Numbered from the whole stretch's first letter, positions 11,430 to 25,322 are shown. The stretch is 63,212 nt of DNA, filler included, from Octopus bimaculoides (GCF_001194135.2; 9 parts of 8 records of this genome joined end to end with filler, not necessarily neighbours in it); one strand, 5' to 3'. Program-made: numbers and translations. The notes: generated from the letters alone by a model not told the origin.

Positions 11430-12080
11430 GTGTGTGTGTGTGTATATATACACACACACCACCCACCTTAAACTGCCCCTCCTCCTCCAACCCCTACACC
11501 TGTACACTGCCTAACTTAGTACCTTCACCACACACACCATTATACAAACACCCACGTACAAACTGTTCAACTAAGTACCCACAGCACACACCATTTTGCA
11601 CACACCCACACCCTCACACTCAAATGCTCTCACACACACTAGCACTCCAAACCCTTATCACCTTACATCTCCATGCATTCCCCCACAACACATAATATTC
11701 ACTCATGAAACACATCCACAATACACACACACAAACACATACAACTTTCACATACAAACATCCACAATATACATGCACATTATAGATCCATACACACATA
11801 CAAGAAGACATTAACTGCTTCACACAAGCGTTTGTACAAACACACACGCTTGATACCCTCATACGCATGTATTATACAGTCTCACACACATACACACATC
11901 CATAAATACACAGAGAACACATCACTTCACACAATGCATGCACTAGTTATATACATACATGCTCCCATACACACACACACACACACAGAGGCTCACATGA
12001 TTTTAAGCTCACTCACACGTTTGCCTCCATTCATACATTCACATACATTCTTTCATACATACATACACTTGCACATCCCA
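11430..12080. repeat. Degenerate CA-rich low-complexity tract
   Basis: About 650 bp of decayed (CA)n/(CATA)n; the His/Thr-rich ORFs here are artefacts. Confidence 0.8.
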
Positions 12081-12271
12081 GTTCAGTTATCTCCCCTACA
12101 CTCAGCCTCTTTCTTCTGGCCATTTCATCATACTAAACTGTTAATCTCTCAACAGATCTTTTCTCTCTCCATTTTTCTCCTTCTCATCTCTTTCTGTTGA
12201 AGAGCATAGGCTCAAAATGTGAAAGACTCTTCCATTCTTTCTGAGCAGTCTTTGTAAATTTGAACTACATA

Positions 12272-13045
12272 TAGACCAAGGAAGACATGGGATGAGATGG
12301 TGAAGCATGATATTTGAACTCTGGGCCTCACAGAGGCAATGACAACTGACTGAGACTTTTGGTGATATGCTGTGCTTGAGAAGACCCGTCAAGCCAAGTG
12401 AAATCGTAATTGTGGTTGATGCTGGTGACATGTAACTGGCAACTATGCCAGTAGCATGTAAAAAGCACCTTTTGAGCACTGGGCCTCATAGAGACAAGGT
12501 GGCACATAAAAACACCTTTTGAGTGTTGGTCTACATGGTGGCAATGACAAATGACCAAGACCTTTGGCATTATGCTGTGCTTGAGAAGAAGATCCATGAA
12601 GCCAAGTGAAATCGTAGTCATGGCAGATACTGGTGTCATGCAAATGGCACATAAAATCCCCCATTACACTCTCAGAGTAGTTGGCATTAGGAAAGGCATC
12701 CAGCCATAGAAACCATGCCAAATCAGACTAGAGTATGGTACAGTCTTCCAGCTTGCCAGCCCTAGTGAAACCATCCAACCCATGCCAGCATGGACAACAG
12801 ATGTTAAATGATGATGATGATGATGAAGAGAAAAAAAGCAAACAAATAAATGTCATGCAAATGGCACCAGTGCCAGTGCACATAAAAGCACCCTTTACAC
12901 TCTTGGAGTTATTGGTATTAGGAAGGGCATCCAGCCATAGAAACTATGCTACATCAGACTAGAGTCTGGTGCAGCCTTCCAGCTTGCCAGCCCTGATCAA
13001 ACCCATGCCAGCATGGACAACAGACATTAAATGATGATGATGATA
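12272..13045 (+). mobile_element. Two tandem RTE 3'-end fragments with (ATG)n tails
   Basis: RPRKTWDE-encoding start, the same 3' UTR modules as 5330-5778, tails at about 12808-12825 and 13031-13044. Confidence 0.8.
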
Positions 13046-13066
13046 TATACACACACACATACTCAC

Positions 13067-13135
13067 TGTTGATAATTTCTTTAGACTTTCTATATAAAAG
13101 TCAGACCAGGTTGCTGTACTCGGATTATCTTCATC
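13067..13135 (-). CDS. DAAM: DAAM formin coding exon 3
   Basis: 69 nt, DEDNPSTATWSDFYIESLKKLST, comparable to DAAM1 DQEENKGATSWPEFYIDQLNSM. Acceptor ttcttttgtatAG at 13137-13136; donor GTGAGT at 13066; phase 0-0. Confidence 0.9.
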
Positions 13136-14284
13136 CTATACAAAAGAATAAAAAGCAAAGTAATTTAAGACATCTATTGTCATAATATTCTAAAAAATGA
13201 TTTTGTGCTGCATATAAAGAAATATGGAGAAAAATGAAAATACAAAACAATTTCTGAGAAACTGTCAACATTTAGACACTATCAGCAAGATATGCTCTGT
13301 GAAAAAATGACAGAATGATTCCAAGCTCCATTACACCCAAAAATATTTAACTAGTATTTTTCAATGTGTTGCACATACAACATGCTGGTGCACATTGGAG
13401 TACACCTAAATTTTAAGGCAACATCTCACTAACAGAAAAAGATATTGCTTGAGAAAGATTGGTGTAGTTCTATAATCTGCTTAATTATCTGACATGGAGG
13501 TAAACTTATAAGATGGGTACTTATAAGCCAATTTGGTTTTGGAGACATTTTCATACACTTTCACAGGCCACTAATTCTTTAACCCAAATGAAAAACAATT
13601 GGTATTCCTATCAGAATATGTATGCTATTAGATCCCTGGATTGATCTCAAGACATACAATGACTACTTCACTAAAGCTGCTCAAGATTCCTTTGGTTTTT
13701 TACTATAAAACCATCAATAGCAACTACAATTCAAAACATGAGCCAATAAGGAAGCCTCTACATGGCCACTAAATTTGCAAGAAATCACATACAGATCTCC
13801 CTCAGTCATGGTCTTTCATCTTAAATATGGTCAGATATTGCTGAAAAGAGAAAATAGTTATGATTGGAATGACTTTAGATCTACTTAATTATGGTTTGCT
13901 CGGAGCTAAACAAAACAGTATAACCATTTTGATGAAAAATAACAGTAACAATTGAAACATCATCACTGCCAAGAATAACAACATCAAAACATCATGAGCA
14001 CAAGCCAACAAGGGGTTTCTAAAGAGTCACCCAACTTATTAAAAATAGCAGGACTCTTTCAAATCATATATTACTGCCTTTAAAAACAAGGAAGGATTCG
14101 CCAGATAATATAATCTTACAGCTGAAAAAAGACTGGGTCATTCAAGATACTGGACTGCCTTTTATCATGGGTTTGCTTGAGTGTTTGCAAAGAATAAAGG
14201 AAAAAGAATAAGCATTTCATCTTCTCAGCTCCACAAAAATGTAAATGGAAAAAGTTTATATTCAATTACAGCCAATCTGATTAC

Positions 14285-14610
14285 CATGGCAGAAACAAGA
14301 AGTCTTTACATTGAAAACAACCTATACAGGAAGCAACCTGGAAGGAGATAGAGCTGGAAATCCCCAAATGCTCAACCCAAAAATGAAATTGACTACATCC
14401 CGATTGATAAATGGCATATATTGGAGGATCATCACTTGTTACGTATGAAGGTTGTGATCAATGAAAGGAGAGAGAAAAAGGCTGTGCATATCTCAATGAA
14501 GAATAAATGTGTCAAGGCCTTTGATGTGAAACAGTTGCAGGAATCTATTAAAAAGGAAATCTGGAGTCAACTTGAAGAGCTCAATGAGGGCTACAATTTG
14601 TTGGTCTAGA
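14285..14610 (+). mobile_element. RTE-type APE endonuclease fragment
   Basis: Reads ..SWKSPNAQPKNEIDYI.IDKW.., the typical W.SP...KN.IDYI motif of LINE AP endonucleases. Confidence 0.6.
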
Positions 14611-15199
14611 AAGTGAATAACTGGTCTGTGACTTATATGCAAAAAGTTTGAAGTCTATTTGCTGATGTGCTGCAGCATAGCACATGTGAAAGAAAATTAA
14701 ATTATGAATTAAAAGCAGCTCTAGTAATGTAAACATTATTAGTCATACATATATAGTGTATGTGTTTTGTATACAGGCCAAATTTGCTGCAGGATAGTAT
14801 GTGCTACACCACAGCACATTAACAAATAGACTTCATTCTATTTGCATATAAGTCACAGACCAGTGATTACCTTTGTTTCAAGATGATCTGAGTATATAGT
14901 GTTGATAAGCCACAATAATTGCAATATATCAATATCTACCATTCTTGGTGATTTTGAGGTGAGTAGTCTCACCTGGTCTGTGATATTCAGATGTTTAACA
15001 CTCTTCATATAGGGAGCTTCCCAGGACACTATCCTGCAGCAGATTTAGTGTATAAACAAAACACATACATTATGTATGTGCCACCAATAATGTTTGCATT
15101 ACTGGAGCTGCTTTTAATTTGTAATTTAATATATATGTTTTGTACTTTCTAGCTTTTATTACGACACTCATTATACGTATGGTTTCACAATGCATGCCA

Positions 15200-15860
15200 T
15201 CAATCAACAGTCTTTTGCCATCTTCTTCATGTAGTGCAACATGATATCAATCTTTACCACTTCATCTTGGGCTCTCTCTTCCACAAGTTTCACCTACTTA
15301 AGCATTTCTTTACACAACAGCCATCCTCCAAACACATCAAATGTCAGTGCAGTCTTCTTTCTTATGCTCTACATCTGATTTCTCTTATGCTCCATTTTCT
15401 CTCAATTCATTTGGGCTCTATAGTTCATGCAAATTAACATTACATATCTAGTGAAGCATGCTAATGTCATTTCTTTCTAGTCTTTGTAAATCCTCTACAG
15501 TCAAAACTCATAACATTGCACTTCATACACAGGTAGCTGCACTTCACTATGAGGGAGAAGTCCTTTGTTGCCTGCAATGCTTCTCACTCAGGGTATTATA
15601 CTTTCAGAATTAATCCCACCCCTGCTAATTAAGTCACTTAGGTAACAATAGCTACTAACTAATTCTGGGAAACCTTCCAGAAATCTGAGTCTGTTACCTG
15701 TGTACTCTTAGTACCCATTGCTCTTGTGCCTCAGTTGTATATTAGGTTTACCATCTGCACTACACTTCTTATCTGTTCATAGTTTACACTGTAGGAAATT
15801 TCTACCTACACTTTTTCTGCATACCAACCATGGCCATTTTCCTGGCTGTAGCTGGTTCCT
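15200..15860 (-). mobile_element. Old RTE LINE C-terminal fragment (same family as 4819-5330, opposite strand)
   Basis: The reverse complement aligns by eye to 5100-5200 (ttgagagaaaa..gcataagag..gactgcactg). Boundaries are approximate. Confidence 0.6.
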
Positions 15861-16046
15861 ATCTTCAAATGAGTGAAATAAGTTAAAGCAGTTGAGACTA
15901 TGAAGCTGTTGGACATCAGCTGAAAATGCCTGCCAGGATAGGTTATGCACTGTTTTCAGGCATAGTCAATCAGGTAGAACAAAGTGTTATAAAGAGTGAC
16001 TGAAGTAGCAGTATTGTCATAAACTGATACAATGGCAAAAGAGATA

Positions 16047-16560
16047 TGAGGTGGTATCAAAAAGTTTCCAGATTAGTTATGCTAATAAAAAATATAATAA
16101 ATAACTTATTTACCTAAGTTTTAACATCATCCCCTTTGAAATAGTCACCTTATACAGCAATACACCAGTCCCAGCATTCCTGCTGCTTTGGAATCACTTT
16201 TTCATAAGCAAGTCAAGGACCTTCTGTGATTCACTCTGGATCTTGACAACGGTGTTAAAGCAGCAACCTTTGAGCTGCATTTTTCATCTTGATGAAGAGA
16301 TGGAAGTCCACAAGTGCTAAATCTGGCAAACAGGGCCAGTGCAGAAGCAATACCATGTTGTTTATGGTGAGAAATTCACAAGTGAGGAGAGCTCAGTGAC
16401 AGGATGCATTGTCATCATGAAGTATCCAATTTTTTGTGCTCCACAGATCCGGCTGCTTACACCGAATATCTTCCTTCAAATACTTCAAAACATTGCAGTA
16501 GAAGTCTCAAGTGACGGTCTGACTCTGAAGGAGAAATTCTTGATGCAGAATACCATGGAT
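16047..16560 (-). mobile_element. Mariner 3' fragment, family C
   Basis: Minus strand GILHQEFLLQSQTV..FYCNVLKYLKEDIRCKQPDLWSTKNWILHDDNASCH..PDLALVDFHLF. TIR-like tgaggtggtatcaaaaagtttcc after TA at 16045-16046. Confidence 0.8.
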
Positions 16561-17179
16561 GTCAGAAAAAAATGTTTCAAAATTTCAACTAATGTCTTTA
16601 AGAGCCTTATTCCAATGCATTTCTCTCAGTTGTGTTTGAGCTAATAACCAACAATAGTTTCAATGCTTTTCACTACTATGCCATCATGCAAGAAATTGAA
16701 AATTTTTTTGATCTGCTTTTTAATGACTGTTGTTGGCTGTAGTAAAAGTGTGCAAGACAGTATAGTTAACAAAGAAGTTTTTATGAAGTCACTGGTCTTG
16801 CTCATTGTAAAAGCAAATATCTGAATGTCTCCAAAGGGGGGATTTAATACTAGAAGGCCTAAGTCGTGTGTGATTGCATCAGATAAAGTAAATAAGTGAC
16901 AATAGTAGATACTGGAAATATTACATAAACATTTAATTTAATAAATAAATCTTCATCTTTCTTAATCTATATAACCATTTAATTATCATCTTCATGATCA
17001 TTGGCTTAATGCCTCCTTTTCCCTACTTGATAGATTACAAAATTTGTTGAGGCAAATTTCTGTAGCAAGATGCCCTTCCTGGTATCAACCCTCATCTGTT
17101 TCCAAGATAATATATCCTGGGCATGTTTCCACCAAAGATAGAAAGCTAATAATACTACTTGCATAAGGGTGTGTCAAAA

Positions 17180-17360
17180 CAAGGACACACATATACACAT
17201 ACAATGGGCTTCTTTCAATCTCTGTTTACCAAATCAACTCATAAGGCTATGATCAGCTTGGGGCTATAATAGTAGACACTTGCCAAAAGTGCCATACAAT
17301 GAAACTGAACTCAAAAGTATGAGGTTAGGAAGCAAAGTCTTTAACCACACCGCCATGTCT
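17180..17360 (-). mobile_element. tRNA-derived SINE 5' half, CpG-decayed
   Basis: Homologous to the 5' part of the SINE at 56098-56270. Confidence 0.65.
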
Positions 17361-18034
17361 GCATCTATAATTTCCAAAAATTTCAACCATTCTGACCTTA
17401 TAGTTGTATTTTTAGCTTTTAAATGTCCATAGCGCAGTTTATACACTCAAACCAATTCCTCTGCAGAGCATCAGACAATATGCACTGTCATATTAATTGT
17501 ATTTTAATATGTTCTGGGTTCAAATCCTACCCAGGTTCATCTTTCCAGGGTCAATAAAATATATATTGGAGATGTGAGACAATCAACTGCAGCCCACTTT
17601 AAAAGTCTACGTTAAAAATCTAGGTTAACTTTGTTCTTCATCCTTAGGAGGTTGATAATATAAGTGATAGGGTTATATTAAAAAAATTTCAGCCAACTGG
17701 TCTTTTTGAAGTTATCTTCCATGCCCATTTCTTAAAAATAAATTTTGTATCTTTACCAATAAGTTGTCTTTCACATACTATAACTGATTCTTTTGATGGC
17801 TACATTTTATTTTTTGCTGTTTTTTTTCTCTTTCAGGTCACCTATATTCCCATTACACATAATCTGTCACAGTGGGGAGACTCAGGACTACATCTCCCTC
17901 CCACCCTCACATTATATATAGGTGAATGGGGGTGGATGGAGTGGTAAATGTAATAAAATTCTATAGCAATCTGAAAATATATTTATAGTAAAATGGAATT
18001 AAAAGATTATGATGCAACCAATCAATAGTTCTAG

Positions 18035-18086
<52 letters not shown>

Positions 18087-18666
18087 ACGCGTGCGCATGC
18101 ACAATAGCAGAATCAGTGCATCAAACAAAAATGACACAGAAACTTTACCATTCCACCTTTACAGGGTCAATAAAGTATCAGACAAAGTACAGAGTAAAAG
18201 TTTTAAAGGCAGTTGCCCAGCATGGCTACAATCCAATGACTAAAAACAGTAAAAGAACAAAGGAAAATGATCTTGTTATTGCCAATAGAGAAGGCCACAA
18301 GCTGGCCAAATTGTTAGCCAGAAGAACACTTAGCAGCATTTCTTCTGGCTTTTTACATTCTGAGTTCAAACACCATTGAAGTCAATTCTGCCTTTCATCT
18401 CTTAGTGGTTGATGGAATAGCAGTCAAGTACTGGGGTGAATGTGAATGACTTCCCACCACCCTCAAAGTTGTTGGTTTTGAACCCTGCAACAGAATGTTG
18501 TCATCTCAAGAAAAAAAATAATTGCCAACAGAAATATTTACATTACAAGAAAGCAACCTCTTAGAAGATAATGTCTTTCAAAATTACATTGGACATAAAA
18601 TGAGATGCAACAGCCAGATATATAAACAATGAAATATATTCAAGTTACCGAAATATAAATACTTAC

Positions 18667-18756
18667 CCATTTTTTACTGCAGTATATCTGCCACTTTTTC
18701 TCAGGGGGTAGATTAAACAAGGCTTCTCGATGAGGCTTGTCTAAATCTAACTCTTC
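18667..18756 (-). CDS. DAAM: DAAM formin coding exon 2 (GTPase-binding domain)
   Basis: 90 nt, [30 protein letters not shown], matching the DAAM/Diaphanous GBD motif ELDL...[16 protein letters not shown]. Acceptor cctttcttttcAG at 18758-18757; donor GTAAGT at 18666; phase 0-0. Confidence 0.95.
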
Positions 18757-19299
18757 CTGAAAAGAAAGGAAAACAATAGAGATGAATTTTAATTTAAAGT
18801 TTCAAAATATGGAAAATTGATTTGAAATTATGCTTATTTCTTAAACTTTATAACTGATATGAAACACCTTCAAACAGGATCCAATTTTTATTAAAAAATA
18901 TATTGCAGTAGCTTTCATTTAAAATTCTCACACTTGTTTTTCATTGGCAAAGAGAAATTTGTCTCTTAAATCTATCTGCCCATGGGCCACCTTCAAGTTT
19001 TTCTATCCAAAGTGTTTTTTAATTCAATTTTTATAGACTATTATTTATAGCCTTCCCTGCTTTGAGATTCATCATTCCAAAAAAAGAATTATTTCATATC
19101 CTCAAACTTTCTTAATTCTTATGATGTCAATAAAATACAATTCTTGCAGATAACAATTAAGTTCCTAAAATGGATTAGGAAATTAAAAAGATTGCTTGGA
19201 TCCAATAGTAGAACATCTGTCATGTTTACAGATGTGGATGAGTCACACAGGTGGTCTTTGACTTTTTCTATCCAAAAGATTTTTCAACCCAATATTTTC

Positions 19300-21090
19300 T
19301 TACCTAACTACCATTGACCACTTATTGCCAGAATTCCCTCTTCTACATTGTTCTCAGTATGTTGCTCCTCAGTAGACCAGAGTCTTTAACCAGTTGGGCA
19401 ATAAATGTCTAGGCAGGACATCAGCATTTGACCAACTACTTCATCTTTGCAACAAAAACAGTGTCCACAGTATCTCAGTCTTCTTTTCAATATAGTGGCA
19501 GTAACTCAGAAAATCACCATAAAGAAGTTGATTTGTTGTATAGGACTGCCATTTGATATTAAGTACTGCTCTCAGCAGCCTTGTATATGCACACAGCAGC
19601 CTAGTGTATGTTCTATCTAATTTTCTTTCTTGTAAGCTAATCTTTAGTTCTCTGTTTAGATTTGATTTCCAAATGGTGTCCATCTTTGAAAGAGCTGATC
19701 ATGCTTTAGCAATGTGAGTTTTAAAGTCCTTCTCACTTCTATCAACCCATGTGTCCAGATTTATACCTGAACTCATGGGTTGATACAAGTGAGATACAGT
19801 ACCTTAACAGAGGCCATTTTCCTGGGGATTCTATAGGTAACCAGGCAATCCATTAGCTTACACTCATGAACTGAGTCAAAATAATCTACTTTTTCCAACT
19901 CATGTCCCTTCATTGTTAATAGGTAGCTATCTTCTTGTCATAAGTCATGTACTTCATTTTGTCCTTGTCTGTACATAAGCCAATCCATAAAGCACAGGAC
20001 TCAATTCACAATAAAAACAGTTGGTCTTGTTCTTTGTTTCAGATATTAATGCAAAATTTGTATCAGTGAGAAGCACTGCAGGATGTCTCCTGCTACATAT
20101 CTATTGTAGTCTAAAACCAATAGATTCATCATCTTTTGTTGTTTCTTTCATTGCATAGTCTAGTGCTATTATGAGTAGCAAGGGAAGCAAGGGTGGCACC
20201 TCGAAGTACTCCTGTCAAAATTTCAAAAGACTCAGTGTTGCCATCAAGAGACAGTATCTTAACAGAGGTTTTTTTCTAGAGCACTTCAATAGCTGAGACC
20301 ATTTTCTGGGGATTTTGCAGGTAATCAGGCTATCCATTAGCTTACCCTTATGGATCAAATCAAGATCCTTTCAGAAGTTTAAGAATGTCAGTACTGCTGT
20401 AAGCTATTCAATTGGACACCTCTGATGAATAGCCTTCGTGTTCATATCTGTTCTTTTGTTGTTCTACTTTTCCGTAATCCATTTTGTTGTTTGTGTAAAA
20501 AAGAATCAACATAAAACCACATTCTATTCAGTAGCATTTTGAAGTAAATTTTTGCTGCCACAGCTTTGAATGTGATGCTTTTGTAGTTTCCTGTATACTA
20601 TATTAAATCTCTGTGTGAAATATAAAAATAGTAGCAATACGGAATCATAACATATAATTGCCAACCAAGTGTGGCGTCCTATACAGGAGAGTACTACTGA
20701 CGTTTATAGCCCCAGGAAGACATTTCTTCCAGCTAGCTAACAAACACACATTCTGTGTCCAATTAGTATTTGTGAGGGGAGGTCATCTTTGAAAATGCTA
20801 AGATTCCTCACTGTCTCCACACATCTCTTTCATATGTTCTAATGCAAAATGTTCAGTAGTTGTTCATCTAAACAGACAGCTTTCTGAACATCAGTTGGAA
20901 TCTCATCAAGCCCTGAAGCTTTGTTGTTCCTAAGTTCTTTGATAGCAAGTTTCAGTTCTTCCATCATAAGTGCCCCAGTTACAACTGAGAGTTTCTGAAT
21001 TTGGATGACATCAATAACTGGGACTTAGCCTAAAACCTTCTGGAAATGTTTCTTCCAAAGATCCACTTTTTTTGCAGCACTTTTATCTTT
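19300..21090 (-). mobile_element. Degenerate RTE LINE fragments
   Basis: Minus-strand ELKLAIKELRNNKASGLDEI (about 20910-20970) and the C-terminal IWKSNLNRELK..YTRLLRAVLNIKWQ (19441-19683). An internal segment is duplicated at about 19770-19880 and 20240-20370. Confidence 0.7.
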
Positions 21091-21429
21091 TAACCAGCAT
21101 TGGTCTTCTTACCGACTGAAATTTCAATTGTGGCCCATATTACAGGTACTATGTACAACAATATCACTAATGCCCACAAAGCAGCAGCTGAGTCCAGCAT
21201 CCCACTGAAACCAAAATGTAGACAAAGAGTTTCATGAAAAGACAGAAACAGCCAAATCAAGACAAAACCTAAAAAAAAAATTAACACCATCTCAACAGTA
21301 AACTCTATACAACAAAATTTAAGCAAGTTTAATGCAACAAAAAGAAACTTAGCTGATACAGATGAGATGAAACAAAAAAATTGCTGAAAGCAAGCTAAAA
21401 GCACATGAAAATCTGACAATCAGAAACCA

Positions 21430-21770
21430 AATATTTAACTACTTATTGATAAATATTTGGTTTGAGATTCACCATTCCAAAAAAGGATATAAGCATCGGT
21501 CTCTTTTGCTGAATTGCTAAGATATGGGGAAGTAAACACACCAATACCAGTTGTCAAGTGGTGGTGAGGGGAGAAGTACAGATACAAAGACATGCACACA
21601 TAGATATATACACACATGTATGGCAGGCTTCTTTCAGTTTCTGTCTACCAAATCCACTCACAAGGCTTTGGTTGGCCTGAGACTATAGTAAAAGACACTT
21701 GCACAAGGTGCCATACAGTGGGACTGAATCAACATGTAGTTGGGAAGCAAGCTTCTTACCACACATTCAA
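21430..21770 (-). mobile_element. tRNA-derived SINE with internal microsatellite, CpG-decayed
   Basis: Homologous to 48714-49222 and 56098-56550, with CG replaced by TG/CA. Confidence 0.75.
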
Positions 21771-22578
21771 GTATTAGCCCAAGAGTTTACCCTATTCAGC
21801 TTATCCACAGGTATAGGCTAACAGACAAGGTGGTAATCTGGAGATTAATTTTCACATGCCTGAAAATCCATAAATATCTTCAGAGTTTTTACAATTACTA
21901 GCAAGAAGAATGGAGTAAGGTCTTTTATTACATCAATTTACAATTGTTTCATCTGAATTCAATCTCATCAATCTTACTATATTATGCAATAAAATATGCA
22001 ACTATTGATTCTTAGAGTGTCACTGAAATGGCACATACCAAATCAGGCTTGTCACAATTATGTATAAAATTCATTTATTGTAGGAACTCAAATTATCAAG
22101 AATGCATACAAATATTAAGTTGGGAATGTTTACATAATTATATTAATGGATTACAAAGAAACCACTGGTTTGAATTAAATGGTCAAGGAAGAAAGATGAA
22201 CAGAAAAAAAAGGAATAAAAAAACAGAAAGAAGCAGATACAAATGTTTTTGTTTCCAGGAACTATAATAAATAATTGGTTTGTTAATAGTTTCTATATCA
22301 GCATAAGGATTTTATAGCTATGTTCTTCAATAATGTCTTATTGTTCTTAAATTATACTTATTCCCATCAGCTATCTAGCTAAGAAATTCTAGACATACAT
22401 TTATAGTTTTATCACTCCGGAAGCTTGTTGTCTGCCATAATATAGCAGTCAATCAGATCCTGTCTGTCTAGATGTAAGATACCACAGTATTCAGCAGTCA
22501 CATGGACACACACAGAGAAAGATATCAAGGACACATATACACAGATGTTTTCAATGCCTTATATGCCATGTCTTGCTA

Positions 22579-23435
22579 CAAGGGTCAAATGAGAAGTTCA
22601 TAGGTTGACCAAGATACTCTTATGGAATGTTACCAAATTAGGTTTATTTTTCAACATAGGTTGAAAAATAAACCCCCTTGCAGTTCACTTCCCCTATTAG
22701 TGTTGCAGTGTTTGGATCTCACTAGTGAAGAAGCTTTCACCTTGTCAGTTAAAAAAAGTCTTCAACAGCATATATGACATTATCATTGCAATACTGGTTC
22801 CTGGCCAAGAGTTTTTTCATATTGGAGAACAGATGATAGTCAGATGGGGCCAAATCAGGAGAACAGGGAGAGTGATCAACCAGTTCAAAGCTACAGTCAC
22901 ATGCAACAGCCATTGAAAGCATGGACTTGTGTGATGGAGCATTGTTCTAATGAAAGAAAACCCCTTTTCATCAGTTTTCCTGGGCGTTTGGTTTTAATAG
23001 CCTTTTGTAGCTGTCTCAGCAGGTCAGCATGGTATCCTTCATTGATGGTGTGGCCCTTTTGAAGATAGTCAATAAACACAATAGGGCATCACCTTCCCAG
23101 TAGATGAGGAGGGGTGTTTCCATTGCATGGATTGTTTCTTTGCCACTGGCTCAAAGTGATGAAGCTAACACTCAGCATGGGTTAGGAAATGTTCGAGGAA
23201 ACCAGCTAGATCTACCTCAAACAATGTCAGATTTTCTCATGATGCAATCAACCAGGTGCATTTTTTATCAAGTTTCAGAAGACATGGCACTCACTGAACA
23301 GAAGCCTTCATCATGCCAAGCTCATTATGCAGAATATTCTCAACTCTCTCGTAAGATATGCTAATAGCACTGGCTATTTGATTAATAGTCAATTACCTAT
23401 TTTCCATCACCATGTACTGAAGATGATCAATGTTT
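22579..23435 (-). mobile_element. Mariner relic, family A (second copy)
   Basis: TA at 22577-22578 followed by caagggtcaaatgagaagttc. ORF 22897-23079 FIDYLQKGHTINEGYHADLLRQLQKAIKTKRPGKL is nearly the same as 9278-9493. Confidence 0.85.
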
Positions 23436-23454
23436 TAAAGTTCGCATTTAGCCA

Positions 23455-23805
23455 GTTAAATTCCTTCTAATGCTGGGACATATGTAAAAGACCCCTTTCA
23501 GTCATGAATGATCATGGTGTTGCACCTAGAAACTTACCCTCCAAAGCACAAGTCCAGACAAGGTTGTTTATGGAAGACAAGTGATCATCCATGCCTACCC
23601 TCTCCATGCCACTGATATTATCCAAGGGAAAGGCAAAGGCCAATACAGCTTGGCACCAGTGATGTTGTAACTCATTTCTACAACTGAGTGAACTGGAGAA
23701 ACATGAAATAAAGTGTCTTGCTCAAGAACACAACACAGCCCGGTCTGGCAATTGAACTCGCTACCTCATGATTGCGAACCCAATGCTCTAACCACTGAGC
23801 CATGC
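23455..23805 (-). mobile_element. tRNA-headed SINE, different family
   Basis: Minus strand gcatggctcagtggttagagc (A-box-like) ... gagttcaattgcc (B-box-like), then the common gtgttcttgagcaagacacttta segment. Confidence 0.7.
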
Positions 23806-24862
23806 ATATTCACTGGGATATATGTACTCCTGATATATTGATTCTCAAGTCCATTTAGAAATCGGATCAAATTGTGTTCCAAATCAAAATAATTAGTAAT
23901 TCTATATTAAGTACATTATGTTGTATTTCTTGAAAGTTTCTATAAACTTAAGGTGCCATCTCCAAAGTTCAGAGTGTTTATTAGACAGTTTTTCTGTAGT
24001 CAGTAAACTACATAATATCTCTTCTTAACTTTAAGTTCCCATCACACAGCCAAGCAGCCCTTGCTATGGACCAGGAGATATTGAATTGAATTTTCTTTTC
24101 CATCATAAACCAGAGATGAGCTTAGCTAAAGAAGTATTGTCTCTTGGAATGATGCAATGTGGTTATACCAATGATTTAAAAAAAAAATCTATTGATCCTA
24201 CAAATCTGTATTCATTCTCTTCAGTCTGGACAGAACATTATACATGTTATGGAGACAGCTGTTATCCAGTGAACAGGCACTTCAATTTCTGAAAGTGCAT
24301 CTATTATTATTATTATTATTATTATTTAGTGAGAGAGCAATGCATACCATCAAAGTGACACTGAGATACAAGTATATGAAGCTAAATATACCCATCATGG
24401 CTATCAGTCTGATAAGGGTACACCAGGCACATGTATCACAAGTGATCTCATATCAAGATTAAACAACACAAGACCTTGCAGGTGGGGCCCAGTTAGAATT
24501 TTTTTCAGGTTGAGTAAACCATTCCACTCAAAAGGTCCCTGAATGAGATTTGTTTAAGGATGATGAACAAAACACCCAAGTTTCCAGAGGTGAATTATTC
24601 AAACCCCAAAGAATTCCTCTTAACACATGGTTAATATGCTCCCCTACTACTCCTGCTCGTGATCAGAGATGCACATATTGTCAGCCACTAAGGAACAAGC
24701 TCAACTGGTTATGGTCAAGCAACTGACAAACAAATCTGTGGTGTTGAGCAGAATATTTGTTGTAACCCATCTTTTATACCAAGACAAAACATGTATATGA
24801 TAGCACTTCCAATCAGTTAAGATCAGAAGCCATGAGAGCCACTGCCTATTCTTATTATTATT

Positions 24863-25322
24863 AAGGTGGCAAGCTGGTAGAATCATTAGCATGCCAAACA
24901 AAATGCTTAGTGGTATATCGTCTGCCACCACATTCTGAATTCAAATTCCGCCAAGGACGACTTTGCCTTTTATCCTTTCAAGGTCAATAAAATAAGTACT
25001 AGTTGAACATTGGAGTTGATGACATCAACTCCATCCCCCACCCCCAAATTGCTGCCATTGTGGAAAAATTTGAAACCATTGTTATTATTGTTGTTGTTGT
25101 TGATAAGGCAGTGAGCTGACAGAATCATTACCATGCCAGGCAAAATGCTTAATAGCATTTCATCCGTCTGTGTGTTCTGAGTTCAAATTCCACCTTTCAT
25201 CCTTTCAGGGTCAATAAAATAAGTAACAGCTGAGTACTAGGGTTGATGTAATCGACTTTCCCCCTCCCCCAAAATTGCTGGCCTTGTGCCTAAAGTAGAA
25301 AGGATTATCATCATCATCATCA
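24863..25322 (+). mobile_element. Two head-to-tail tRNA-derived SINEs carrying a gcctttcatcctttc..gtcgataaa core
   Basis: Each unit has a tRNA-like head, gagttcaaattcc, the core, and ccttgtgcc..aaa with an (ATT/ATC)n tail. The core resembles the Meta/MESC SINE domain from memory; this is unverified. Confidence 0.75.

Noticed and set aside
12272-12720. Repeated modules as a CRISPR-like array
   Set aside because: Irregular spacing, related intervening sequence, LINE 3' UTR context in a eukaryote, and no cas genes.
21090-21419. 109-aa hydrophobic ORF as a membrane protein
   Set aside because: It is the antisense of an A-rich stretch between RTE and SINE fragments, with no recognisable motif or splice support.
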